From Eledone cirrhosa (lineage: Eukaryota), in the NCBI GenBank assembly GCA_964016885.1, contig OZ024741.1, forward strand, positions 198,958,001 to 199,022,000: a DNA stretch of 64,000 bases. Direction: 5' to 3'. This document shows, in pieces, positions 43,141-56,290 of the stretch. Every line of letters starts with the position of its first letter. The stretch's first letter is position 1. The notes beneath the pieces are model-generated. The model made no database searches. It was given only the letters and a program-made list of their open reading frames with translations, and was not told the origin of the DNA. Made by a program: the position numbers and the translations under genes.

Positions 43141-44496
43141 TTTTATCAATTTTTGTTGAATTGCTAAGTTCTGTGACATAAAAGACACAGAGGGACACAA
43201 CACAAAACATGGCTGCACACACACATCATCTATTTTCCACATCTATTAACACACTCAGGCTAGACAGGTCACGTGACCATATCTTGCTCATATGCTCTGC
43301 TTTTGGCCTGGATTCTACAGCTCGATGCCATTCCTAACACCAACCACTTTACAGTATGTACTAGCAGCATTTTATTGTGACACTACCACTATCATCTTAT
43401 GGTGCTTTTCATCATGGCACCAGCACTACCACCTTACTGAGTGGTTTTTATTGTGGCACTTGCACTGCCACATATACATGACTGGCTTGCACATGCTTTC
43501 CATCTACCAAATTTCACATAGTCAATCTGAGATTTCATTTAAAGACACTTGCCTAAAGTTTTTTGCAGTGGGATTGAACCTGGATCCATGTGGTCTTCAT
43601 AACTACAGGACTATGTCTGTGACTATTATAACATACCAGGCAGTTGATTTAGCCGAGTTCAAATCCTTTCTGAGATCTATGTTGCCTTTCGTCCTTTCAG
43701 GATCGATAAAGAAAGTACTAGCCCACTGCTGGTGAAGCCCTCTCCTCTTCCAGCTGTCACATCTTAGATGTTCCACTGGATCAAAGGACAATGGATCAAG
43801 AGGGTGTTTGTCTGTTTATGATTACATGGATACCTAAAACCCTGAGTGAAAGCATGGTAAACACTACCAAGTCATATCCAATTGCAAGTGACAGCTGTAT
43901 TTTTTTATTTTAATATACTATGGACTAACATAATTTTCTCTTTTCTTTCCAAATATTTTTCTTAAATTTGTTTAATATGTAAATAACAAGACAATGAAAT
44001 TACAGCTGACATACCATAAGTAACAGTCAAACATTGTCTTTTATTTGTTGGTCATGTCACATACCATTTGCTTTCCCATTTAGATATGTGATGTGGCCTG
44101 TATATCTTCTAGTAGCAATGACTGTCCTTGTTATTTCTATAATGTTTGACAGCAGCTGAGGTTATCTCTTTTTGTATTTCTTAGTACTAGCGTACCTTTG
44201 TTTCTACTTATTGTAGCAGTGTAATATGTTCTGTTGTCACATTCTCTCTGTTTTCTTCTCTTCAGCTGCTTCTATTGCTATTTACACTTCTTCTCACGTT
44301 CCGTTTCTAGGGGTGTGTGTGTGTGTGTGTGTGTGTGTGAACACATGTACATACACATCTCTAGTTTTCTATATATACTGAACCCTTTACTCTTTAAATA
44401 TAATCTTCAAAGTGCGTAAACTTGACATAGAATGTCTAAGGTAGTAAATTCCTCAATGATATTTTTAATATTGATTGTGTTAATGTTTAAAACATG

Positions 44497-44760
44497 TTTA
44501 ACCCATATATTACTATATTTTCAATGAAAGACACTGTTTATGTGTTTCAATTTACTTTGAAAATAATAAAAGAATTGGAGGAATTTATGAAAATAACTGA
44601 CTTTTTTAGGATGAAGTTGGTTTTTGAAACATTACTTAACAAAAAGTCCTTAAATAAAAATTATGATGGAAAGTTTTAATATAAGTATGATCATTTTAAA
44701 ATGGACAGTTTTGTGTCACTGAATAGAAGTTTCAGCTGGGTTGGTATCAAAAAGGTTAAA
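44497..44760 (+). mobile_element. piggyBac-like MITE
   Basis: TTAACCC ... TGGTATCAAAAAGGTTAA. Confidence 0.6.
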
Positions 44761-46289
44761 CATTTCAGAATAATTGATTTTTAGATAAATTCTAATTTGA
44801 GAATCTTCACATTGCCTAGTAACCTATTACATGAGGACAAATTAGTTTAGGATCTGTCAGTTCCCCTTTGCCTTCTGATGCTCACCACCCCATACTCATT
44901 GCAAAATGCTGCCCAAATAAAGAGTCCTGCATACATCTATCAATCTTATAAATCTATCCCCCTTTCTTCCCAGCTTACCCCAGGCCTTGCTCTGAGCTGT
45001 CAGCCATTGCTCCCCTTTCTTCAAGGCCTCTTCCACTACTCAACATTTGTCCTCACTCTTACTCTTTTGTTCTCTGAGTGATGACTCAGCTGACATTGCC
45101 AGCCCCTTCCATCATGCTTTCCTCCTCCTCTCCCACCACTGTCTCTCTCTGCTCTTCTGAGGAGGCAGCAATCATCCTAGTCCTGGTGTCACACTGAAAT
45201 GCACCAAGTACACTCTATAAAGTTGTTGGCATTAGGAAAGACATTCAGCCATAAAATGATATTTTGGTTTTGTTTTCCTCAAATTTTCTGCTTCTGTTTC
45301 CTTCAATATATATTGATAAATACATATTGTCTTTAAGAAATCTATTCTATTATCTATATACCTATTTTGGATATTAAGGTGATCAATTTGGCAGAGTTGT
45401 TAGAGTGTTGGATATTCGTTCCAGGTCTCTGTGATCTGAGTTCAAATGCTGTTGAGGTCCACTTTGCCATTTTTCCTTATGGGGTCAATAAAGAAAATAC
45501 CAACCTAGTTCTGGGGCAGCCTTCTTTCCTTCCTGCTGTCATATCCTAGATGTTCTGCTGAATCAAAGGAGTGAGGCAAAATGTTCATGTTTTTTTTTAT
45601 ATTGTCATACTGCTGTTTGTCTAAATCATGGAGTGTATGTAGATATAAGGTTTCAGTAGATTATTGGACAATATACTAGTTTTCATGTGGTTTTTTTAAA
45701 AACAGAGGTCTTACTTAAGGACTTAATAGGACTATTTCATCCTAGGAGAGAGGTACTGAGGGCCAAAAGTGAGATGTGGGGTATGTGTAATTTCCACAAG
45801 TTATAATACTAATCTGCAAATTACTAGGCTGCTATTTATTTTTTTGTTCATCAAAATGAATATGTATATGATAATAAGTGGGATATGACAATTAGTACAA
45901 AATGTAGGAAAATAAATTTTCCATTTAAAATTTTTCTTAATTCTCTTTTTCTATTTTCACTTTTGATAAATTCCATTTTTTTTCCATTTTATTATATTTC
46001 ATAGGTTAATTACAATAAAGTGTACTATGAAAATTATTAAAACAGGGGCAATCAACCTGTTTTAAAGATGTAGATGTAAAAAAGAAAGTGGACTAAAAGA
46101 TATTGATACAGAAGTAGAAAGAGATTGATTGAATTCTCAAGAACATAGTGACATAAACAAACTATGTTGTTGATACCTGGGTATCAAAACTAGATAGTGT
46201 ACTTGTTTTGTTTGGAGCACACTTCTAGCTTTAGGGTGATCAACACAAATTACTGATGTTAGTGTGTGTGTGTAAGATGGCTAATTGAA

Positions 46290-46505
46290 TATGTGCGTTT
46301 TTTTCTCCCCAATTTTTGTCTCATTTTCTGCATTCCTTCTCATCACTCTTTACTTTCTATTTATCTTCTATTTCTAATGCTCTCTTCTGATGAAAGACTA
46401 GTGTCCAAAACGTTAAGACTATCTTCCTGCTATATCAAGTGTTAAACTAATATATTTCTTCCATGTACTGTGCCATTTGTTTTATTATTTTTGTTATTAC
46501 TTTTA
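46290..46505 (+). mobile_element. Penelope-like HHR family B copy (HHR 46383-46418, GAAA mutated to AAAA)
   Basis: TCTTCTGATGAAAGACTAGTGTCCAAAACGTTAAGA. Confidence 0.6.
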
Positions 46506-46525
46506 AACACACACACACACACATA

Positions 46526-46561
<36 letters not shown>

Positions 46562-46982
46562 CACACATACACACACGCACAGACATTAATTTTAACGAGC
46601 CAGACAATTAGATTTTGTGTAGCTTCGCCTGTTATCCACTCAATGAATTTACAAAAATCGCAAATATGAATCTGCAGATCAGAGGTGACACAATACGTTA
46701 GACAGTAGATAAACAGATAAGTGAGGGAACACAAAGAATGCTCCGAACTGTACAATTTCTCTCTTTCTCTCACACACACATTTATGCTAGTGTGGAAAAA
46801 TGGACGTTAAACAGCGTTAATGATATATATATATAAATATATACACACACACACATATATATATATATATAGCGAGGGAAAAGTGGTAAGGAACCAGGTG
46901 GACCATAACGCACCAAAGTACTCAATACTTAGGGTAGTAGAGTGGGAAATAGGAGTAAGTAAGACCCCGACGGCTGAGCTCA

Positions 46983-47025
<43 letters not shown>

Positions 47026-47870
47026 ATACTTTGGGAGGGTCATGTTGCCAATAAGAAACACACGCACCAGTTGCTTTCACTTCAATTTAATTTAATATAT
47101 ATTTATAAATTTACAAATTTATAAATTTCTGGTTGGTTGGTTGGTTCCACAACCAGATAGTTGTTTATATATATATAGTCATAGTTCTTTCGTCACACAC
47201 TCTGTGACCTCTTCAGTGACTGGGGATTTCTTTCTTCGTTTCTGTGCCTTTCCTTTCTTCTATCCTACGCCATTTTGTTTGTGTGTGGGTTGCGTGCTCA
47301 GTTTGCGCATGCGCCACATCCGGGTGTCTGTGTGTGTTTGTGTTCATTTTTCTATTTTTCTATTTATATTTGTTTGTTTATTTATTTATTTATTGTTGGT
47401 TGGTTGTTTGTTCTATGTGTGTGTGTGTTTTCATTTTGTCTTGTGTGTGTTTTCATTTTGTGTGTGTTTTCAATTGTAAGTTGTTTGTTCTATGTGTGTG
47501 TGTGTTTTCATTTTGTCCTTAATTGTAAGTTGTGATGTTGCTGTTCCACTCATATTTTCTATTTAATTTTGGTTTTAATTCTTTTAAAAGAATTTGGTTT
47601 TAATTCTTTTAAAAGAATTAAAACCAAAATTAAATAGAAAATATGAGTGGAACAGCAACATCACAACTTACAATTAAGGACAAAATGAAAACACACACAC
47701 ACATAGAACAAACAACTTACAATTGAAAACACACACAAAATGAAAACACACACAAGACAAAATGAAAACACACACACACATAGAACAAACAACCAACCAA
47801 CAATAAATAAATAAATAAACAAACAAATATAAATAGAAAAATAGAAAAATGAACACAAACACACACAGAC

Positions 47871-47928
47871 ACCCGGATGTGGCGCATGCGCAAACTGAGC
47901 ACGCAACCCACACACAAACAAAATGGCG
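47871..47928 (+). promoter_or_regulatory. Promoter-like cassette: ETS (CCGGATGT), NRF1 (GCGCATGCGCA), YY1 (CAAAATGGCG); mirrored at 47268-47325
   Basis: Three housekeeping-promoter consensus motifs within 60 bp, CpG-rich in an AT-rich context. Confidence 0.5.
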
Positions 47929-47974
47929 TAGGATAGAAGAAAGGAAAGGCACAGAAACGAAGAAAGAAATCCCC

Positions 47975-48019
47975 AGTCACTGAAGAGGTCACAGAGTGTG
48001 TGACGAAAGAACTATGACT
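47975..48019 (+). ncRNA. Minimal hammerhead ribozyme (mirror on minus strand at 47177-47221)
   Basis: AGUCA-CUGAAGA-g-GUCACA-gagug-UGUGAC-GAAAG-aa-CUA-UGACU. Confidence 0.72.
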
Positions 48020-48230
48020 ATATATATATAAACAACTATCTGGTTGTGGAACCAACCAACCAACCAGAAATTTATAAATTTGTAAATTTATAAATATATA
48101 TTAAATTAAATTGAAGTGAAAGCAACTGGTGCGTGTGTTTCTTATTGGCAACATGACCCTCCCAAAGTATAACAATATCGGTTTCAACACACGATTTCAG
48201 ATAAAGAATCTTGCTAAACAAATTCAGAAA

Positions 48231-48840
<610 letters not shown>

Positions 48841-49008
48841 ATATATGTATATTTATATACATACATACAAACACACGCACGCACATCAGAAGCATCCAGA
48901 ACTATAATGTTGCTCAGAAGACAGTGTGGGAATTGTCTATGTGCTTGTCTTTTCCGAGTTTTCTGTTTCCTGTATATGTCCCATGTATTTTTTTAATGAT
49001 ATATATAT

Positions 49009-49396
49009 ATCATCATCATCATCATTTTACGTCTGCTTTTCCCTGCTTGCAAGGGTGGGACGGGAACTGATTCTGGCTTGATTTCTACAGCTGGATGCCC
49101 TTCCTAACACCAACCTCATTTACAGTGAGTGCTGGGGGCTTTTTTTTCCGTGGCGCCTACACGTCCACTTTACAGTGTGGGCTGGGTGCTTTTTTGCTGT
49201 GGCACCTCCACGACCACTTTGCAGTGGAATGATAGGGACCCCAGTCCTATCATCTCATTTCTACAGCTGAGTAAACTGGAGCAATGTGAAATAAAGTGTC
49301 TTGCTCAAGGAAACAACACATTACCCGGTCTGAGAAGTGAACTCACAACCTTTCGATTGCAAGGCCAATGCTCTAACCACTAAGCCATGTGCCTCC
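49009..49396 (-). mobile_element. SINE-A full length
   Basis: Reverse complement of 48508-48840 with one extra subrepeat. Confidence 0.88.
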
Positions 49397-49562
49397 ATAT
49401 ATATATATCATCATCATCATTTAACATCTATTTTCCTTGTTAGCAAAGGTTTGGCGAATCAATACTGAAGTGAGGCTATTGACCTCCCAAATGGGCTGGG
49501 GTGGGGTTAGTGGGGGGGGGGGGGTCTTCATTTCGCTTTCATATGGTCTCATTTTTTTACAG

Positions 49563-49600
49563 AGTGCACAAGAGAAGGTTGAAATGAACTCAGATGATTT
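49563..49600 (+). CDS. Candidate host micro-exon (38 bp, SAQEKVEMNSDD..)
   Basis: CTCATTTTTTTACAG acceptor, GTATGT donor, one open frame, non-repeat sequence. Confidence 0.3.
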
Positions 49601-50139
49601 GTATGTTTGGTATTCCCTTTTATCGAATAGCTTTATACTTCTCTCTGCTATGTTTATGTAATTTGACATAATAATCTCCACTAATATCTGGCGGATTATG
49701 TTTTTTGAGTCAATATTTGAAAAGGAATTACAAAGCAACAGAAGCGAAATCCCATCTTTTCTAAATGGCCTTGTGAAATTCTTTGCAATGAGGAATTTAA
49801 AACACATAATCAAAAAGACCAGCATCATTTATAATCTGTTACTTCTTAAATTCTAAATAGGTTTATTTTTTATTTTTTAATCAAGTTGTCTTGTAGAAAG
49901 AGCAGTTGGGGAAGGCTAATAATTAAGTTGCTTAATATCTTCAACTATATTTTGATTAAGCTAAATCTTCTCTAAGCTTATGTGTATTTTCTAAGAGGGT
50001 GTTAGTAATCACTTAATGTTTATGCTGATTTTTATTGGGTCAGACTTATGTTTTATCCTCTGTCCATGTAAATATAAAACTGGCTTAGTGGTCAGAAGTT
50101 AAAAACTGTGAATCTAGAAATTAGGGGTTTAAGTCTTGA

Positions 50140-50226
50140 GTTAATATTGTTATGCTTATTATAAATGTGTTAATATTGTTATGCTTATTATAAATGTGTT
50201 AATATTGTTATCCTTATTATAAATGT
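50140..50226. repeat. 29-bp tandem repeat x3
   Basis: GTTAATATTGTTATGCTTATTATAAATGT at 50140, 50169, 50198. Confidence 0.9.
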
Positions 50227-52602
50227 GAGGGCATGTGGCTTAGTGGTTAGAGAATTGGATTCACAATCGTGAGGCTGTGAATTTGTTTCCCAGAAATATT
50301 TATTAGTCCCTATATTTTTGATTTATTATCTATTATTAAAGGGGTTTGAAGGAAACTGGAGAATGTTGGAGAAGGCCTTTCTATGTCTCCAAGTGGCTCA
50401 CAATTTTATTTTAGAATATTTCTTAAGCAATTTTCTAAATGTTAGCACATTTGGTTGGTGTTAGGAAGGGCATTCAACTGTAGAAACCAAACCAAAATGC
50501 TGATCCATATGAGCAAGACCTGGTTTCCTGATCTGACTTGACTCATAATGTGATAACCCGTCTAACCCATGCATGCCTGAAAGAATAGATGTTAAATGAT
50601 GATGATGAACTCCAAAAGTTTTCTTATTTTCAAAATTAACTTTATTTCATTAGTGAAATGAAGGAGTTAATTCTGGCCACTGGCATATAGGTGGAGTCTG
50701 AATTCAGAAGACAAAATATTGGAACAGTTATCACAAGGCATTCATCTGATTCTAGAACAGTTCCAACAATCCACCATCCTGGATAATTACTTTATTAAAT
50801 TGACCCCTGAAAGGATGAAAGGCAAGGTTGACTTTGGTGGGATTTAAACTTAAAGTGCAGGGAGACCAAAATGAGCTCTGCAAGGTATTCTATCTGATGT
50901 ATTAATGGCTCTGTCTATACATCTCTTTAGCAATGCAATATTAATGTACAATCTAAATATATATCAAGGTTGTTGGCTAAACCACATTGTTAACACTCAC
51001 ATACACAGACACACACATATACACATACACAAACACACACATATACACATACACAAACACACACATATACACATACACACACATACACAAACACACATAC
51101 ACATACACACATACAAACACACATACTCATGTTATTGCTGAATAAATATGGAGATTATCATTTTTATTAGCTTGACCATAGTGTAAATGGCTCTACACAG
51201 ATTATCACTTTTGTAAGCTTGACCATATTTGTGGATATATATATATATAGAGAGAGGTTATCTGTGTTGTTGGCATGCTGATTTACCTTTATAGAGCCCT
51301 TCCTATATAGTGTTAACACAAGTTTCAATCTTAGCTACACACTATATTTATTTTGTACTTTTATATCTGAATGAATCCTCTGTGATATGCTGATTCCTCT
51401 GCTTTAACTTTTAACTCTATTAATAGAGGAATAAAAATAAAGATATGGTAAGCAGTCGTGAGGTTAGACGTTATGAATAGAGGAATAAGACAAAAGAAGA
51501 TATGGTAAGCAGTAGTGAGGTTAAATCTGTTTCTGTTGCAGTAGAAAAGCTAGCAGAACATATCTAAAAACAGGTTTGGTCAAATTCAAATATTCATGAT
51601 GTTAAGATCTTTTTCTGTCCCAAGCACCTGAGAGTACGAGATTTCCCCTGGACAGAATGCCAGTCCATTGCAATGTTAACCCCCCAGCTACTGCTAGTAC
51701 TCATTTTCAGCTGAGTACACTGGAGCAATGTGAAATTAAGTGTTTTGCTCAAAAGCTTAATGCACAATCTGGTCCAAAAATCAAAACTGCAAAGGATCCA
51801 ATGATGTTAAGTAGACAAGAAATACACTAGATGGTATTATTAAAAGGTTTGGTACCTGTTCCTGACTACTAGGTGTATTGAGATTGATTAAATTAAACAC
51901 CTTGCCTAAAGACACGAGAAATTGCTTGCAGTAAATTAGAATACATATTTACTAGCCATTTTTCCTTTGTGACAATGGAAATAGTAATAACAAGAACCCT
52001 CATTTAACACAAATGCATTCTTTGAAGAATCCTATATGGTGAATAAGATTATTGATTTGTACATTGTTATGTATAAGGTCCTGTTTTATTGGTAGAATTT
52101 TTCTACACTAATAAATTTCTGATAAAGTATAGAATTTAGCTAATGGTCAATCCTTCACTGAACTACATGGAGACAGTCTTCAGTAGTTTAACTACTTAAT
52201 TGCTTATGATACTCACCACTTTACATTTGCTACTTTAGTAAGAGTAATAAACTATGCAACTGTAAATGGATAATATTAAACAAGTGTGCCTGATAAACAA
52301 AGGCTATAGTAGATAAAACATGACAGTAATGCTTTAGGGACTAATTCAACATTTAACATATAGCTAAAGTATCATATCTGGGTTGTTGGTTTTCCTCAGT
52401 ATCATTGATAAATATTAGTCTCCAAATTATACATCTCAATCTGGTTCAAATACAGCTCACAAATTTAGCTTATATGGCCTGTCAAATATTTGACCAACCA
52501 GTTATGTAATGTGATGGAGAAACAGCTATACATCTCATTCTAGTTCAAATACAGCACACAAATTTAGTTTATACAACATCAAATATTTGAGCAAATAATT
52601 AT

Positions 52603-52838
52603 ATCCCCTTTCAATACCAACCTGCTTAAAACCACCTATGGTTCTATGAAACAAAACCATCCTTTTAAAAGTTTCTATTTAAATTAGAATCTTCCAACAT
52701 AATTATATATAAAATCTTTTTTGTTATGTTACAAATATTATCTTAATAATCAAAATAATTCTAGTAAATCCCTCCAAATTCTTTATTGGTTAATTCAAGT
52801 ACAGTGTATTTTATCAGATATGTTAATGAAAAGGTTAA
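52603..52838 (-). mobile_element. piggyBac-like MITE
   Basis: CCCTTTCAATACCA ... TAATGAAAAGGTTAA. Confidence 0.6.
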
Positions 52839-52904
52839 GATGATGGAGAGATAGAAAGGTAGAGTGTCAGATTAAATGGTATTTAGATATGTTCTTATTA
52901 TTTC

Positions 52905-53087
52905 TTTGGCAGTATTGGTAGAGAGTCGGACACCATGCTTTGAAGCATAGACTTACGTCCCTTTATGATCTGAGTTCAAATCCCGCCGAGGTTAACTTTG
53001 CCTTTCATCCTTACGGGGTTGATAAAATAAAGTACCAGTAATGTACTGGGTAATTGCTGGCCTTGTGCCTAAAACAAAAACAATTAT
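52905..53087 (+). mobile_element. SINE family B
   Basis: TGGCAGTATTGG..GAGTTCAAATCCCGCCGAGGTTAACTTTGCCTTTCATCC. Confidence 0.82.
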
Positions 53088-54119
53088 TTCTAAGATCAAA
53101 TCATATGATCAACTTTGTTTTTCATCTCATAGACTTTTAATCTTTTCCCCTTTTTTAAAATGGTTTAGTGAGAAGAACAAACAGCCTCCACGACCCTCCA
53201 TCACTGGTAGCCAGGGTCACATGCTTATAACAGAGGAGACTCCACTAACGGCACACATGGTCATGTACTGGAGCAGGCCTTTCTTATTCTAGCTGTCACA
53301 TCCTGGATGTTCTGCCGGATTAAAGAAGAGAAGATCGAAAGCATGTCCATATCTGTTCAGACCTGGAGAGGAGATGGGTTCTGACAGATTTTTAAAATGT
53401 CAAAGATACACTGTATGTCACGACGACGACACCCATCAGGAGATACATACCCATACATACTTACTTACTTGAGCAAAAGCCAATCTAGCTGCAATGCTGT
53501 TGACCTTCATTTAACTAAAGTAATAAAATGATTAATATATAAATTTATGCATATATACATCAATACTAAATATTACCACAGTTCTTGTCTGCTAAATATC
53601 AAAAAGTTCTATCTTCCATAACTGGATAGGTTTAGTTAATTATTTGCATACTTGACATAGATTAGCTTAAGAAAAGTTGAGGGGGTTGGGTTAACTAACA
53701 ATAACGTTTTTTCACAATAGCTATGATGGTGATGATGAAAATGAAGCTAGAATTCTGTCACCTTCCTGTAGTTGGGATGACTATCAGTAATGAATAATTT
53801 TTCTAGCATGGACACAAGGCTAGTAATTTTAAGCGAGGGAAAGTCATTTGAATCAACCCCAGTACTTTACTGGTAATTTATTTTATTGAATGATAATCGC
53901 AAAGATGAACTTGGTGGGATTTGAACTCAGAATACAGAGGGCTGTAATGATTTAATGCAAAGAATTTTGTCCAACATGGTCATGATTCTGCCAGTACACC
54001 ACCATTCTTATTAGTGATAAATAATGGTAAAATTTCTCAGGAAGTTTTAAAGATTGTGCTCCAGTATGGCCTTAGCCTGTCGGCTGGAACACATAATAGA
54101 CTAATAAAGCAAGAACCTT

Positions 54120-54383
54120 TTAACCCATTCACTACCATATTTCTAATAAATTACACTGTTCATTATTTTCAAATCATTTTGAAAACAATTAATGATTTGG
54201 AGGTATTTATTTTTTTTATATAACTTTATGATCATTAAATTGGTGTTTGGAACACAACTTAACAAAGGTTCTTACATAAAATTATGATGGGAGGTTTTTA
54301 AATAAATATAAACACTTTAAAATAAACAGCTTTGCATTGTGGAACCAGGGGCAGTTTTAGTTGGTTTGGTTCAAAACGGTTTA
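54120..54383 (+). mobile_element. piggyBac-like MITE
   Basis: TTAACCCATTCACTACCATATTTC; internal homology to the other copies. Confidence 0.55.
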
Positions 54384-54448
54384 GGGGTCTGTTATCATCA
54401 AACAACAGACACACTGTATGTAATTTCACTTTCTCACACACATACGCA

Positions 54449-55548
54449 TATCATCATCATCATCATCATCATCAGGTTTAGCGTCCGTGTTCCACGCTTG
54501 CATGGGTTTGGACGGGGGTTTTCCCACTTGAGGCAAGAGTGGTTGTCTTGCTCGCATAGGACTGTCTGGCGGGTTTTCTACAGTTGGATGCCCTTCCTAA
54601 CACCAACCACATTTACAGTGTGGGGCTGGGAGGTTTTTACCGTGTTGCCTACACGGCCACATTACAGCGTGGACTGTCTGGCGGGTTTTCTACAGCTGGA
54701 TGCCCTTCCTAACACCAACCACATTTACAGTGTGGGGCTGGGAGGTTTTTACCGTGTTGCCTACACGGCCACATTTACAGCGTGGACTGTGTGTTTTTTG
54801 TCGTGACACCTACACGATCTCATTTGTTTCGGCCTGGATGTTGTGGGACCAACATAACTTTACATTGAAAGGGGCGGTGTGGGTGGGGTGGAGGTGGTGG
54901 GACGGGGGTGTGTTTTGATAGAGGTGCCTACTGACTGTAGTAGGTTTTTACTTTGTATTTAGGTAAGGCGGGTCTTCTCTATTACTGAGTACCGCCAAAG
55001 GTCTCGGTCCAGTGACATTGTCTTGGAGAGGTGTAAGCGTGTGAGGTCGGAATTTATCAGCTCGTCCCATGTTTTTCTGGGTCTGCCTACTCCGTGGCTA
55101 CCGTCTATCTTTATTGCCCTGCACTTTGTTATACAGCTGTCGTCTTTCATGCGCATCACGTGACCGTACCAACGTAGCCTTCTCTCGAGTAAACAACATC
55201 TGATCCCTCTTATTTCTAATTTTTTCCTTAGTTCGTTTATGCTTTGCCGTTCGCGTATATTACTATTGCACATCCAGCGGAGCATGCAAGCTTCGTTCCT
55301 CTCTAGTCTGCGTATATCCTCTGCACACAATGCCCAAGTCTCACTGCCATGCAGCATTGCTGTTCGTATGCAGGCATCGTATAACCTGCCCTTCATTTTT
55401 AGGGAGAACCCTCTAGCGGCTAATAGTGGTATAAGCTCTCTGAACTTTTTCCATCCAGTTCTGACTCTAGCTACTGTACTTTCAGAGCACCCTCCCCCAC
55501 TGCTGATTTTGTCACCCAGATAACGGAAGCTGTCCACTATTTCTATAG
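54449..55548 (-). mobile_element. RTE family-1 3' fragment with a 112-bp internal tandem duplication in the 3' UTR
   Basis: ORF 54959-55537 matches the RTE-1 C-terminus; duplicate units start at 54559 and 54671. Confidence 0.93.
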
Positions 55549-55872
55549 ATCAACAATATATATAAGTATATATATATATATATACATAAACACCCCCCCG
55601 TCCCACCACCTCCAATATATATAAGTATATATATATATATATACATAAAAAGTGCATGGTCAAATGATTAAGAAGTTTGCATTGTAATCATTAGGTACTA
55701 CTGGGTTTGATCCCACAGTATAGAATATTGGCAAGTGTCATTTACCATAGCCTTGGGTCAACCCATGTCTTGTGAAGGAAATCAGGTAGATGGCAGATGT
55801 CTGGAAGCCCCACTGGATGGACTGTACCTGTAATTTAAAAGTCCAGCCTTGTCATTCACTGTTTCATGCTGA

Positions 55873-56290
55873 ATCATCATCATCATCATTTAATGTCCAT
55901 CTTCCACGCTAGCATGGGTTAGACGGTTTAGTCTCACTTGAGGCAAGATTGGTTGAGAGACCGTGTCTTGCTCGTACAGAACTGTCTCTGGTAGCTTTTC
56001 TACGGCTGGATGCCCTCCCTAACACAAACTACACTTACAGTGTGGACTGGGAGCCTTTTTACCGTGTCCCCTACATGACCACTTTACAGTGTGGACTGGG
56101 AGCCTTTTTACCGTGTCCCCTACATGACCACTTTACAGTGTGGACTGGGAGCCTTTTTACCGTGTCCCCTACATGACCACTTTACAGTGTGGACTGGGTG
56201 CTTTTTAGTGGACAGAAATGGGAGGATGGAGTAGGGTGTGTGGGGTGGGGTGTATATTGGGTTAAGAGGTGCCTGTTGACTGTAGGTTTA
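55873..56290 (-). mobile_element. RTE 3'UTR fragment with three perfect 49-bp subrepeats (56035-56198)
   Basis: TTACAGTGTGGACTGGGAGCCTTTTTACCGTGTCCCCTACATGACCACT x3 plus a partial unit. Confidence 0.85.

Noticed and set aside
47141-48055. Identical ORFs on opposite strands
   Set aside because: Mirror products of the palindrome; low-complexity F/V/C content with no domain motifs
47018-48178. Pure sequencing fold-back artefact
   Set aside because: Not excluded without reads, but the asymmetric tail, the ends-only derivative at 60051 and analogous diverged fold-backs argue for a real element
49421-49828. 135-aa minus-strand ORF
   Set aside because: No recognisable motifs; runs through a poly-G tract and a degraded repeat tail
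51422-52600. Local short duplications (51422-51523, 52432-52600; also 36337-36390)
   Set aside because: Ordinary slippage-type duplications with no further structure
56035-56198. CRISPR-like regular repeats (also 38850-39160 and 12294-12585)
   Set aside because: Head-to-tail units without unique spacers, no cas genes, eukaryotic context
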